Source: Eledone cirrhosa
Lineage: Eukaryota
Length of the DNA stretch: 64,000 nucleotides
Assembly: GCA_964016885.1 (NCBI GenBank)
Contig: OZ024761.1
Span: 18,786,001 to 18,850,000, forward strand
Reading direction: 5' to 3'
The position numbers and the translations under genes were made by a program. Of the stretch, positions 41,244 through 53,896 are shown one piece after another. Positions within the stretch are counted from its first letter, which is position 1. The number at the start of each line of letters is the position of its first letter. The notes beneath the pieces are model-generated. The model was not told the DNA's origin, did no database searches, and saw nothing but the letters and a program-made list of their open reading frames with translations.

Positions 41244-43688
41244 TATATGGTGGCTGCCAACTCGTTTTCGAGTACGGCCACTACTTTATATCCATGTAAG
41301 AGAACCCCTACCGATACGCTGAACAAGTGTGACTTTTTAGTCCAGCCAACGACTTGAAAACTGGTACAAACACTACACTTGTGACAATTATTGACACAGT
41401 GCTGGGCCCATGGTACCATGTGACGACAAGTGCAGAGAGATCTCCAGATATAAAGCAATGCCTGTGCCGTGAAGCTTTTATAGTGAGCAAAGGCACTGCA
41501 CAAAGCCAGTCCCACTCTCTTAACCAAGATGATATTTACCAAAAAGAAGAACAAGTCAACATCATTGGATACCATCAGGGTTGCAGGTGTTATATCAGAG
41601 TTTTCCTTCTCCTAGAATTCTGCCTTGACAAAGGCTAAGGGGTCATCTCTCCCGGTGATTTTGGATGGCCATTGACTCTTAAGAGCTCCTTTTCCCTTTG
41701 ACAGGTTTTGTTTTTAGTCCTGAAGGATGTCCAAAGTCACCCTCCTCACCAAGAAACCTTGGTGGGGTTGCCAGTTTAGTCGCCAACGACCCGACCATGA
41801 GACAGGTTGTACTGGTATATATATATATATGTATATATACATGCACATACAGTTCCACATTGTAAATGTGGTTGGTTTTAGGAAGGATATCCAGCCAAAT
41901 TTATAGTCCTTGCTGGAACAAGGTGCAACGTGGCCAGCATTGCTTCCTGGCATGTACGACTCGTCTAACTCGTGCAAACTTGCAAGAATTGACACTAAAT
42001 AGAAATTATTATAATGATGATATATATATATATATATATATATACAATTCCACACTGTAGACGTGGTTGGTGTTAGGAAGGGCATCCAGCTGTAAAATAA
42101 CAGCCTCCAGCCCCAAACAGTTCCGTTGGAGCAAAGTGCGGCGTGGCCAACTGTCTTATGTGGACAACCCATCTAAACCATGCAAGCATGGAAAATAGAC
42201 ATTAACCCTTTAGCATTTAAACCGGCCACATCTGGCCAGAATTTTCTCACCTCTTTCTGTTCAAACCAGCTGTAACCAGCTGCTCATACTTATGTTAAGG
42301 TATTGTTTTCAAAATAAATGATATGAAAATCACATAGATTCGATATTATGTGAGATAAAGTATTTACTGTGAAAATATAATAGTAAATATAGAGTAATGT
42401 AAATGGTAAAGGGTTAAACTGTGATGATGATGACCTCTTTCTCTCTGTTCCAGCTACATACAATGAACATGTCTCCATGGTAGATGAAACTTTTGATGAT
42501 GAACTTACTGACAGGGAGAAGGTGAATGTTTGCCTCTTTTTTTCTCTTTATTTTGAGTGTGTATACAGTGAATGTGTATATTATGTATATTTAGTGTGTA
42601 TATTGGGTATATTTAGTGTGTATAGTCTATATTTAATTATACATAAGTCTATATAGAGATATGGTAACGAAAGGGTTAAGAAGTGTGACTTATACACAAG
42701 TCTATATGGTATTTTGTTGTTGTCCGGTGTAACTTATACACAAGTCTATATGTAGATATGATAATGAAAGGGTTAAGGAGTGGTGTCACTTATACACAAG
42801 TCTATATGGTGAGGTGTGACTTATACACAAGTTTATATGGTGAGGTGTGACTTATACACAAGTCTATATGGTGACGTGTAACTTATACACAAGTCTGTAT
42901 GGTATTTTATTCTTGTCAGGGCTTGCTGAAAATCATTGAACAGTGCAAGACGAAACTCAATTGGTTGAAGGAAATGTTGGATAAGGAGAAGATGGATCGG
43001 ATACTGGACGAGATTAAAATCCGAGAGGAAGTGACCAAGGAGATGATGAAGCAGTTCGTCATTATAGAGAAGAGCTACAGGTGCGTGGTCAGAACTTCAA
43101 CTCACCCCACTCCCCTTTTTGGTTTTGATTTATTTTATAATGTTAGTTAATGAACACACAAGCCAATAACAACAGTTGCCAACAAGCTGGGGATGTCTTG
43201 GTTTAAATACAACAGATTTCTTCTCGAGAAGGATAGAGAGAGTGAAAAAGATATGATACAATTGAACCTTAGTTCATATATATACAGTTGAATCTTAGTT
43301 TATATATATGCAGTTGAACCTTGGTTTATATATATGCAGTTGAACCTTGGTTTATATATATATAGTTGAACCTTGGTTTATATATATATAGTTGAACCTT
43401 AGTTTATAGATATACAGTTGAACCTTGGTTTATATATATATATAGTTGAACCTTAGTTCATATATATACAGTTGAACCTTGGTTTATATATACAGTTGAA
43501 CCTTGGTTTATATATATATAGTTGAACCTTAGTTTATATATATGCAGTTGAACCTTGGTTCATAAATATACAATTGAACCTTGGTTCATAAATATACAAT
43601 TGAACCTTGGTTCATAAATATACAATTGAACCTTGGTTCATATATATATACAGTTGAACCTTGGTTCCTATATACAGTTAAACCTTGG

Positions 43689-43729
<41 letters not shown>

Positions 43730-45331
43730 ATATATATAGTTGAATGTTGGTTCACATATATATATATACAGTTGAACTGGATAAGATGACTCCCCAAAAA
43801 TAAGGCAGTACCAACTCCCCAGCCCTAGATGTGTTTGCCATTCTTTATTTGCACAAAATATAAAACATGGAAATAAAAACTAAATAGTTTTAAAATAAAA
43901 TATTATTATAATCTCTGTTAAATAAACTTAACAAATATGAGATTCAGTAGGAAATAATTGTGGTGGGCTGCTAGAGTTATGGTAAGTGGTGTACAAGTGT
44001 TAGGCAGGCAGTTTCACTGTTTACCTCTCATTGGTAAAGGTTCACATTTTATATTCGGCGGACAAGTCAACCCCTGGTTTTGGAGAGATATTTTTAGGCC
44101 TCAGATGTTGACTTGTATGCCGGCATATACGGTATTTGAAAATAGCAGGCAGTGTCTTTTATTAGAAATGTGTTAAGGAAAGTGTTAAATATGTACATAA
44201 ATGAAATTGGTGACCATTATATTATATTTGTTTTGTCTGGCGCCAGTGAAAAGCTGCGGGCCAATCACCTGGAGGCTGAAGAGAAGTCGGATAAACTGAT
44301 GTCGAAGATGCTAACCTCTGTAACCCATTCCAAGAAAAGATCTTATGAAGAAACTCAGTCTGAAGAGAGAATGGTGCCTCTACATTTATTTGAGGAACTG
44401 CAAAAGAAAAATGAGGTAAAGTTGGACATTTCTGGATTTCTCTGGTTGTTAGGGTGGTGGTGGTGGTGATGGTGTGTGTTGTGTTGGTGGTGCCACTACA
44501 TTTATTTGAAGAACTACAATAGAAGAATGAGGTAAAGTTAGACATGGTAACTCTGGTTGTTAGGGTGGTGTGGTGGTGGTGTTTGCGGTATGTGTTGTGG
44601 TGGTAGTGTTTGCGGTATGTGTTGTGGTGGTAGTGTGTGTTTATGGTAACTCTTTTGTTGTGGGAGTAGTGTGTTGGTGGTGGAGTGTTGTAGTAGTGAG
44701 TGCTGCTGCATTTATTTGAGGAACTACAAAAGGTGTATGAGGTAAAGTTAGACATGCTAACTCTAGTTGTGTGTGTGTGTTGGTGTGTGTGTGTGTGTTT
44801 ATGGTAACTGATTGTGAAAGTAGTGTGTGGTCGTGGTGGTGATGTGAACTTAATACAATGTATGATAAAATAGATTGTATTTACAATTTTATTCTCTCTT
44901 CCTTCTCTCTCTCACTCACTCCTTCCCTCTCTCACTCACTCCTTCCCTCTCTCTCTCACTCACTCCTTCCCTCTCTCTCTCACTCTCTCCTTCCCTCTCT
45001 CACACATCTTTATCTCACTCTCTCTCTCTCAGGAATGTGAGTTTAATCTAGAGAAACTCAACCAACAGCTAGAGTCTACAAAAGCTCAACTGCGCAGGAT
45101 AACCGTTGACCGTTCCATGTTACATTCAGAGAAGACTTCATTACAACTACAACTACAGGTTCCTGTGGTCTCCAAAACGGGGGTAAGTCTCAGACACCCT
45201 TGGTCACCCTATGAACTTTTCAACCAACCCTTGTATATGTTTATATATATTTTAGTCACCAATGTATTCAATATTGTAATGCCCCCATCCCTCCCTAAGA
45301 AATCCAGTATTAAATATGTCGCCATGTTCTA

Positions 45332-45376
<45 letters not shown>

Positions 45377-48173
45377 GTTACCTGTCCTATGATATATATA
45401 TATCATCATCATCATATATATATATATATTCATTGATATTAAATAAATGGAAACTATAAAATATAAAGTTTGTTTTATAAATATTGACGTATCCAGGAAG
45501 AATATCTTAACAGTTCAAGTTTTTCCTGGAAAAACTATCCAGGAAAAACTTGAGCCGTTAAGATCTTCCTGGATATGTCAATATTTGTAAAACAAACTTT
45601 ATATTTTATCTGATGAAAGCGTACCAAAGTTTTGGTACCCTTAAAATATATATAATAGAATAAATATGGTTTTATAAATATAGTTTTCCATTTATTTAAT
45701 ATCATTGAATATTATACTCCAGAAAATCTGTCGAGTGCTTTGAATCAGTTATAAACATATATATTTGTTGAATTACCAACAAATTAAATATCCCTTTTGC
45801 TTATATATATATATATATATATACGATATTAAACAAATGGAAACTATATTTATAAAACCATATTTATTTCATTATACATATTTCAGGGATACCATATTAA
45901 AAATATGGCATGCCTTCATCAGATAAAATACAATATATAACCAGTTTTATAAATAATTTTGACGTACCATAAATATAGCGACCATTAAGGTAGGAGGCTG
46001 GCTTGGTAGTAATATCGTATATCTACTCCAAAAACTTGAGTGCTTTATATCAGTTATAAAATATTTACTTGTTGTAACCCAACAATTTTAAATAAAACTT
46101 TTGCATATATATATATATTGTCACCTATCCTATGACATATTATGTATGTTGTCACTTGTATGTTATTTTTTTTTTTCAATCAGCTTGAAAGCAGCAATAT
46201 TGGGGACAATATTGAACAGGCCAATGTCTTAAACAAACTGACCAGTATGCTGAGGGAGACTCAGGAAAAGCTGGGAATTAAGGTTGGTTTTAAGTATTAT
46301 ATCATATTTGAAATATTGTCCTGGTGTAGGTGACTACAATAATATTTGTTGAGCATCATTAATAATAGTTGAAAATAATGGGGTAGGGTACCCCTGGAGA
46401 TGAAAAAAAAAAAATCCTGGACAGAGGCACTTCGGAAAAATAAAAACTTCCGTCAAACTTTTACTCTTTTATCTGTTCCAGCCATCCGACTGAGGCCATG
46501 CTGGGGCACCACCCTTTTACATATGTTTTGATATATATGTTTATTTATAAAATATTATATATGAGATATGATATTTGTTTATATATAGGATATCATCATC
46601 GTTTAACGTCCATTTTCCATGCTAGCATGGGTTAGACGGGAGTTGTCCCACTTGAGGCAAGGTTGCGCTCATATAGGACTATCTGGCAGGTTTTCTACGG
46701 CTGGTTGCCCTTCCTAACACCAACCACATTTACAGTGTGGAACTGGGAACTTTTTTTCCTTGTTACCTACACAACCACATTACAGTGTGGACTGTCTTTT
46801 TTGTTGTGACACCTACACGATCTCGATCTCATTTATTTGGACTGGATGTTGTGGTACCAACTTTACAGAGGGAGGGTGGTGTTGATGGGAGGATAGGGTA
46901 GTGGTAGTGGATTGGGGTGTATATATGGTTGAGAGGTGCCTACTGACTGTAGGTATCGCTTTGTACATAGGCAAGGGGGGTCTTCTGCATTACTGCGTAG
47001 CGCCAAAGATCTCGGTCCAGTGACATTGTTTTAGAGAGGTGCAAGTGTGTAAGGTCAGAATTTATCAGATCGTCCCAGGGTCCCAGGTTTTTCTGGGTCT
47101 ACCTACTCCGTAACTACCATCAATTTTGATCGCCCTGCAATTTTTTATGCAGCTGTCGTCTTTCATGCGCATCATGTGACCATACCAACGTAGTCTTCTC
47201 TCAAGTAAACAGCATCTGATCCCTCTTATTCCTAATTTCTCACTAAGGTCATTTATGCTTTGCCGTTCACGTATATTACTATTACACATCCAATGGAGCA
47301 TGCATGCTTCGTTCCTTTCCAGTCTGCACGTAATGCCCATGCCTTACTGCCATGTAGCATTGCTGTTCATATACAGGCATCATACAACCTGCCTTTCATT
47401 TTTAGAGAGAAACCTTTTGTGGCCAACAACGGTATAAGCTCTCTGAACTTTTTCTATCCCGTTCTGACTCCATAAAGATATATATTTATATATGCGATAT
47501 ATGTTTATATATAAACTATTATATATGTTTATATAGCTTGTGTTTGTTCTCGTTAGCTTCTGTTAGCTCTCATTAGCTTTCGTTAGCTCTCATTAGCTTT
47601 CATTAGCTTGTGTTTGTTCTCGTTAGCTTTTGCTTGATCTCATTAGTGTCGTGTTTGGCTCTTGTACACAAAAGTTGTTTTCATATTCCAGGAGTCTGCA
47701 GTGAATGAACTGGAAGAACAGCTTGAAGAAGCTGGAGACACTTTTAAAGAACAACAGGAGAGGATAGACCAGCTGGAGAAGGTGGTCAAACTGAATGAAC
47801 TGAAGGAGGTACGGGATATATTTATATGTTCTGGTTGTTGCTGATGTTTTTACTCTTGTGTGGGTCTTTGTGTAGTGGGCCTATTGTGTATGTGTTTGTA
47901 GTGAGACTATTGGGAGTGTAGTAAGGCTGTTGTGTATGTGTTTGTAGTGAGACTATTGGGAGTGTAGTAAGGCTGTTGTGTATGTGTGTAGTGGGACTGT
48001 TGAGTGTGTGTGTATGTGTGGGCTGGGTGCTTTTTGTCGTGACACCGACACGACCACTTTACAGTGTGTGCTGGCTATGTTTTGTTCAGTGTAAGGGAGG
48101 TGTTGCCAGGTGTGGGCATTGTCAGTAAGAGGTGCCTACTAGGTGTATGTTTGAGTCTGGGTGCATGGGAAGA

Positions 48174-48205
<32 letters not shown>

Positions 48206-49095
48206 CGAGGTGGGTCAGAAAAGTTCCAGGACTGATGTCACAAAAGATTTATTTCAAACCCAAACTTCACACTAAGAGTTTTCTCTTTCAAAGTAATCCC
48301 CTGGAGTCTAATGCACTTTTCCATCCTTTTCTGCCACGCTTGCATGCACTCCTGGAAGGATTCTTCCGGGATCCTCCGCAGTTCCGTCGTCTCGGCCTTT
48401 TTGATGTCATCCACATCTTCAAAACGGGTCCCTTCCGGGTCGTACTCGAAGAGCCATGACTTATCACCGGTGATGTCTGTCCCTCGCAAGTCTGATTCGG
48501 TTGAGGATGTCCTGGCACACTTGCATGCGTCGACTCTTCTGGTCATCGTTCAGCAGTTTTGGCACCATCTTTGTGCAGACTTTCCGTATGTCCAAATAAA
48601 TCTTCAGTGAGAATCTTCCAGACACTGTCCCGATTCATGCCCATCTCATTTGCCATCAGTCGAACAGTCAGCCGACGATTGCTACGCACCATCTGCCTGA
48701 CGCGCTCAACGTTGACCTCAGTCCTGGTTGTTGAGGGCCTTCCGCTCCTGGGGTCATCTTCCACGTCCTTGCGTCCTTCTTTAAACCTCTTGCACCACTC
48801 AAAAACAACACGTGAGCGTGACATCGTTTCATCTCCATACACTTGCTGCAGCAATCCCAGTGCTTCTGACGGAGTTTTCAAGTTTGTTCGTTGCTCTGTG
48901 CTCATTGCTTGACAACCTGAAACAGGGGACATGTATATAAAATTATAAAGAAAAAAGTTTGATCGCTGCAGAGAGCTAAGATTACAGTTACATACTCCAG
49001 GGGGATTACTTTGAAGGAGAAAACTCTTAGTGTGAGGTTTGGGTTTGAAATAAATCTTTTATGACATCAGTCCTGGAACTTTCCTGACACACCTC

Positions 49096-49161
<66 letters not shown>

Positions 49162-49793
49162 GTATATAATATATTTTTTCAATATTTTTCTTGTTTCAGA
49201 CATCGACAGAATGCAAGGTTTGTCTAGAAAGATCCGAAGCTGAGTTCCAGGCCAAGATAATGGCTGAAAAGCAACCGACAAAGAAGATACGTCCGGAAAG
49301 TTCTACAGGTACATTCGTTACTCTTCCTTATCAAGGCGCAGAGAAAAATCCGAAACATCTTACTAGGAGGATGGCAGCACAGAGCCAGCACAGCAAAACC
49401 GCCAACGATCTGACTACCAGAAGTGTCCGTGGTATTGTTGTGGAGAAAGCCGACCAGTCTCGAGTGCTACGGGTGTTGTTGAACAACGTAACCAACACGA
49501 GGGAGCTGGTCGCAACCCCGACCAAGACCAGCATGTTGCGCATGAAGAAGTTCTCTCCCGTGAAACAGTCCAACATTGAAAACAGCCCGCCGGCTCACTC
49601 CGCTGGTAAAGGGGGCCGAAAGAAGGAGAGCCTGAGGCATCGCCTGTTTGCGCCGATCTGCTCCAATATCCAGCAGTTTGGGGACAAGAGGAAGAAAGTG
49701 GAGCAGAAGACACGGCGCCGCTCTGGTTTGGCCTGCAGCAAACGGGTATCTCTGGAGATAACAAGGAAATATAACTTACGCACCAAAAGATAG
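31871..49793 (+). CDS. KIF20A: Kinesin-6 family motor (KIF20A/MKLP2-like), short isoform ~953 aa. Exons: 31871-32041, 33114-33369, 34285-34472, 34942-35017, 36493-36696, 37264-37375, 37949-38020, 39037-39183, 40244-40521, 42454-42521, 42920-43080, 44247-44415, 45033-45182, 46184-46282, 47692-47808, 49200-49793
   Basis: [11 protein letters not shown]-loop [11 protein letters not shown] (kinesin-6 type), long loop-6 insertion, [76 protein letters not shown]. All junctions are GT-AG and in phase; AATAAA at 50336 is followed by a GT-rich tract. A versus B orthology is not resolved. Confidence 0.9.
40690..41200 (-). mobile_element. RTE-clade LINE 3' fragment
   Basis: [24 protein letters not shown]...[15 protein letters not shown]...[10 protein letters not shown], followed by a 3' UTR and (ATG)n tail. 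Confidence 0.8.
42203..42417. mobile_element. piggyBac-type MITE (TTAA-CCCTTTAGCATTT...AAAGGG-TTAA); further copies near 275-445, 4000-4194, 10854-11220, 32736-32893, 35276-35480, 49851-50058, 59692-59905
   Basis: Shared internal sequence, CCCTTT/AAAGGG termini and TTAA flanks; termini match the piggyBac at 53897. Confidence 0.85.
43255..43780. repeat. Intronic tandem repeat gttgaaccttggttta(ta)n
   Basis: About 20 copies with a variable TA tract. Confidence 0.9.
45865..45930 (-). ncRNA. Type I minimal hammerhead ribozyme motif in a TA-embedded Penelope-type remnant
   Basis: Minus strand: tattttat-CTGATGA-aggcatgccatatt(ttt)aatatggtatccct-GAAA-tatgta-TA-atgaaata. Stems I and II pair; stem III is minimal. 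Confidence 0.65.
46592..47473 (-). mobile_element. RTE-clade LINE 3' fragment
   Basis: [14 protein letters not shown]...[25 protein letters not shown]...GRPRKTWD; same 3' UTR and tail as the 40690 copy. Confidence 0.8.
48206..49096 (-). mobile_element. Internally deleted mariner DNA transposon
   Basis: ~100-bp imperfect TIRs (cgaggtgggtcagaaaagttccaggactgatgtca / tgacatcagtcctggaactttcctgacacacctcg) flanked by TA; transposase remnants [35 protein letters not shown] and [14 protein letters not shown]; frameshifted. Confidence 0.92.
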
Positions 49794-50335
49794 GCAGAAG
49801 ACCCCCCCCCTCTTCCCAACATCTTCATAGCCTTTATTTTTTTTTTTTTACCCTTTAGTATTTACATTACTCTATATATACGATAGTCTTTTCATGATCA
49901 AGGCTTTATCTTATATAATTATCTCACATAATATCGAAACTGAGATTTTGATATTATATATTTTAAGAACAATACCTTAACATCAGTATGAGTGGCCGGT
50001 TACAACCAGTTTAAACAAAGTGAGAAAATTTCTGGCAGGTTTAAATTCTAAAGGGTTAAATAATTTCCTCCATTGCTTTCCATAACATAACATCATCTGG
50101 GGTTAACTGGGCTGGGCTGGGCTGGGTAGGGTTTGGTACTTGGGATATACCTGAATATATTAACATGTCATTTTCCTAAAATGGAATCATTTTCATGCAT
50201 CTAATTAACCCCCCCAGTCTTTTTTTTTATCTTCAGGGGTGTGTTGTGTGTGTGTATACAAATATATGTATGTATATATATGTATATATATATATATTAT
50301 GTGTGTGTGTAAATAATCATGATCCTCATTGTTTT

Positions 50336-50460
50336 AATAAAGTTTCACCTTAAAAAGACGTGTGTAGGAGTGTGTGGTTGTAATGGTGCTATTGGTGTGT
50401 ATGTGGTAGTGTGTATGTGGTTGTAGTGTGTGTGTGGTAGTGTGTATGTGGTAGTGTGTA
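50336..50460 (+). terminator. Polyadenylation signal and GU-rich downstream element of the short kinesin-6 isoform
   Basis: AATAAA at 50336-50341, ~540 nt after the stop at 49793, followed by a long GT-rich tract. Confidence 0.6.
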
Positions 50461-51831
50461 TGGGTAATTTGAGTTAAAGAATGTTTTTATCACATATCAT
50501 TGTACATAGTGATGATATTAGTGGTGGTGATGATGGCTGTGGTGTTGGCACTGATGGTGATTGTTGGTGTTTGCTGATGACGCAGTGGTGTTGCTGATGG
50601 TGGTAGTGTTGGTTGTGATATTTGTGTTGCTGATGATGCTGGTGGTGTTGGTGTTTAAGATGATGATAGTGTTGGTGTTGGTGGCGATATTTGTGTTGCT
50701 GATGATGGTGTTCGTGTTAGCTGATGATTGCTATGAATGAATGCATGAAAGTTTTTAGTAAAGTCATAAATTGATAGAAATAAATTTGTAAATACAATTT
50801 ATTGTTGTTTCTTTTTTTCCTTTTGTTGTTGTAAAGCTGTGAAGTCTTCACCTGAAGTCGTTACTTACCTTGTTTTTTGGTTTGATTTCAGGTGAAGACA
50901 CACACCCAGGTTGGTTTTACCGTCTTTTTTCTCTGTGTAATGTTGTCTTGCAATCTCAGCCACCAGCTGTCCTCAAGTGAAATACTTCCAAATGAAATGT
51001 TACAGCTCACACCTAATGCAGGAGGGTTTTTTTTTTGATGTTTTAATGATAGGGGGACCCTGCCCTATCACATTGTTACAGCTCACAGCTATGTAGGTTT
51101 AGTTGACCACATACAAGGTTATATCTCATAGGTTTCTCGGGTGTTTTAACCTGTGCTGGCCTTTTTTTCTTCAGTAAAATGACTATTTTTTTTTTTTTTT
51201 TAACTTTTATTACCAACACATATCTGAATGATAGACAAATGTCACATCAATAAACTAGTAACCCCATCTAGCTTTGATGTTATGAACTGTTGGAAAAGAG
51301 TTCAAACGGGTTATATCTGAATGATAGACAAATGTCACATCAATAAACTAGTAACCCCATCTAGCTTTGATGTTATGAACTGTTGGAAAAGAGTTCAAAC
51401 GGGTTAGGATGAGTTATCTTGTCCGTGGCACTGGAATGCATACATGTTAGGATGAGTTATCTCGTCTGCAGTTCTGAATACTGAAGAGATTAATAAGAGG
51501 CCCAGTTCTATCATATATATATATATATATATGATCAACCACATTTACTGTGTGGACTGTGTTAGGAAGGACATCCAGCTGTGAAAAAAACCTGCCAGAG
51601 ATGTTTCTGTGCGAGTGAGGCATGGTCTCCCCCACCATTCCCGCATCAAATGGTGAATTGGCAGTATCGGAAGAGGGTTGGACGCCAAGCTTTCTAGCAT
51701 AGTTACGTCCCTTTACAGTCTGAGTTCAAATCCTACCGAGGTTAACTTTGCCTTTCATCCTTACGAGGTCGATAAAATAAAGTACCAGTAATGTACTGAG
51801 TAATTGCTGGCCTTGTGCCTAAAGTGGAAAC

Positions 51832-51884
<53 letters not shown>

Positions 51885-53896
51885 TCATATTTTATTAATT
51901 GTTTGACCCGAATAGCTTGGTTGTTTCTATGGCTTTGCGGATAATGGTTTAACCATCGTCTCAGTGTGTTTGGCCTTTTAACGTACGTTGTTGCTCTAGT
52001 TCACTAGTTTCTATGGAGCGCTTGCCACACATCTCGGAAATTGTTTTTCGCTAATTTCCAAAAGCCGAAATGCGATTCTCACTAATTTATATCATCATCA
52101 TCATTTTACGTCCGCTTTTCACTGCTTGCAAGGGTGGGACGGGAACTGATTCTGGCTTGATTTCCACAGCTGGATGCCCTTCCTAACACCAACCTCATGT
52201 ACAATGAGTACTGGGTGCTTTTTTTTTTTTTTTTTTTTTTTTGCCATGGCACCTCCACAACCACTTTGCAGTGGAATGATATGGACACCAGTCCCTATCA
52301 TCTCATTTCTACAGCTGAGTAAACTGGAGCAATGTGAAATAAAGTGTCTTGCTCAAGGAAACAAAACATCACCCAGTCTGAGAATTGAACTCACAACCTT
52401 TCGATTGCAAGGCCAATGCTCTAAGCCATGTGCCTCCATTATATACATACATAACATCTCAATGAATAGAGATCACTAAAATAATCACATTCAGAGAAGC
52501 AAATAAAATAGAGAATATCTTATACAAAATCACTGAGGGGTAAATAACTATAAAGCATCTTTCCCTAGGGATAAAAAAAATTATCCTTAATGCAGTTTCA
52601 ACATCCAAAGAATAACATATAGCCTTTCAATAGATAGATATGGCCATATCAATTTCTTGAAGGGCTATCTGTCGGTTTAACTGCTTCCTATAGTCATTTA
52701 TTTCATAACTTTCTTTGGTGTTTTAATGATAGGGGCCCCAGTCCTAACATATTACAATTTACAGCTATGTAGGTTTAGCTGACTTCCTAAGGGGTATCTC
52801 AGATATTTTAATAATAGGGTCCATCCACACTCCTTCCACGAAAAGCAACATGAAATAAATTGACTGACTGAAGAACACACCTTCCAAAATTATTTGAAAG
52901 TCATAAACGTTTTTCCATTAGAAATATGGTAACATAAGAGTCAAAGTGTCTATATTTATCTAAAAACCTTCCATCATAATTTTATGTAAGCACATTTGTT
53001 AAGTTATGTTCCAAACACCATCTTAATAATGGGAAAGTTTGTTATATTACTAAATCCTTACAAATTCTTGATTATTTTCAAAATTATTCGACAATCATAG
53101 GCAGTGTCTTTCATAAGAAACAGGTTAACATGTTTCACTATCATTATTGTTTAACATCCATTTTTCCATGCTAGTATAGGTTAGACAAGTCCTGTTTGGG
53201 TGACCATGTCTTGCCCATACAGAACTCTTTCTGACTTGGTTTCTACAACTGGATGCCCTTCCTAACACCAACCACATTTAGTCTGGAATAGGCATTTTTT
53301 TTGTTGTGGCACCATAATGGCCACTTTATTTAAAAACTGTTCATAATTTTATTTAAAAACATTTATGTCCCAAATATCAACATAATGAGAAAGTTATATT
53401 ACTAAATCCTTTCAAATTCTTATTTTTAAATTTATTTGAAAACCCTAAACAATGTCTTCATAAGAATATGGTAATGAAAGAGTTAAATGGTAAATTTGAT
53501 CAGCCGTGGAGTTCATTGTGATATGGTAGGATCATAAAGTTGGGGTTTCAATTCCCTGACTAGATGGTGCATTGTTGTCTATTTCACATTGCTCCAGTTC
53601 TCTGGCAGTTGAGAGAGTTAGCCCTGGGGTGGACTAGCTTCCCATCCAGAGGAGTGAGGAACTCGCAGACACTTAGCACCATATAAAACTAGGATGAGCC
53701 CTATACACGGGTTTGTTTAGCCCTATAGGGTCACATTATATGAGATGAATGAAAAAAAAAAAAAATGTGGGTTACATTCTAAATTATGTAAACTTTTATT
53801 TACTGGTATATGATGGTGAGTTATCTATAGTAGATTTACTTGTGGATATATCATTGTGAACATTTGCAGTATTAGAGTAAAGACCTTAATATTTAA

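Noticed and set aside
51220-51406. 93-bp exact tandem duplication
   Set aside because: Simple intronic duplication, possibly an assembly artefact, with no functional features.
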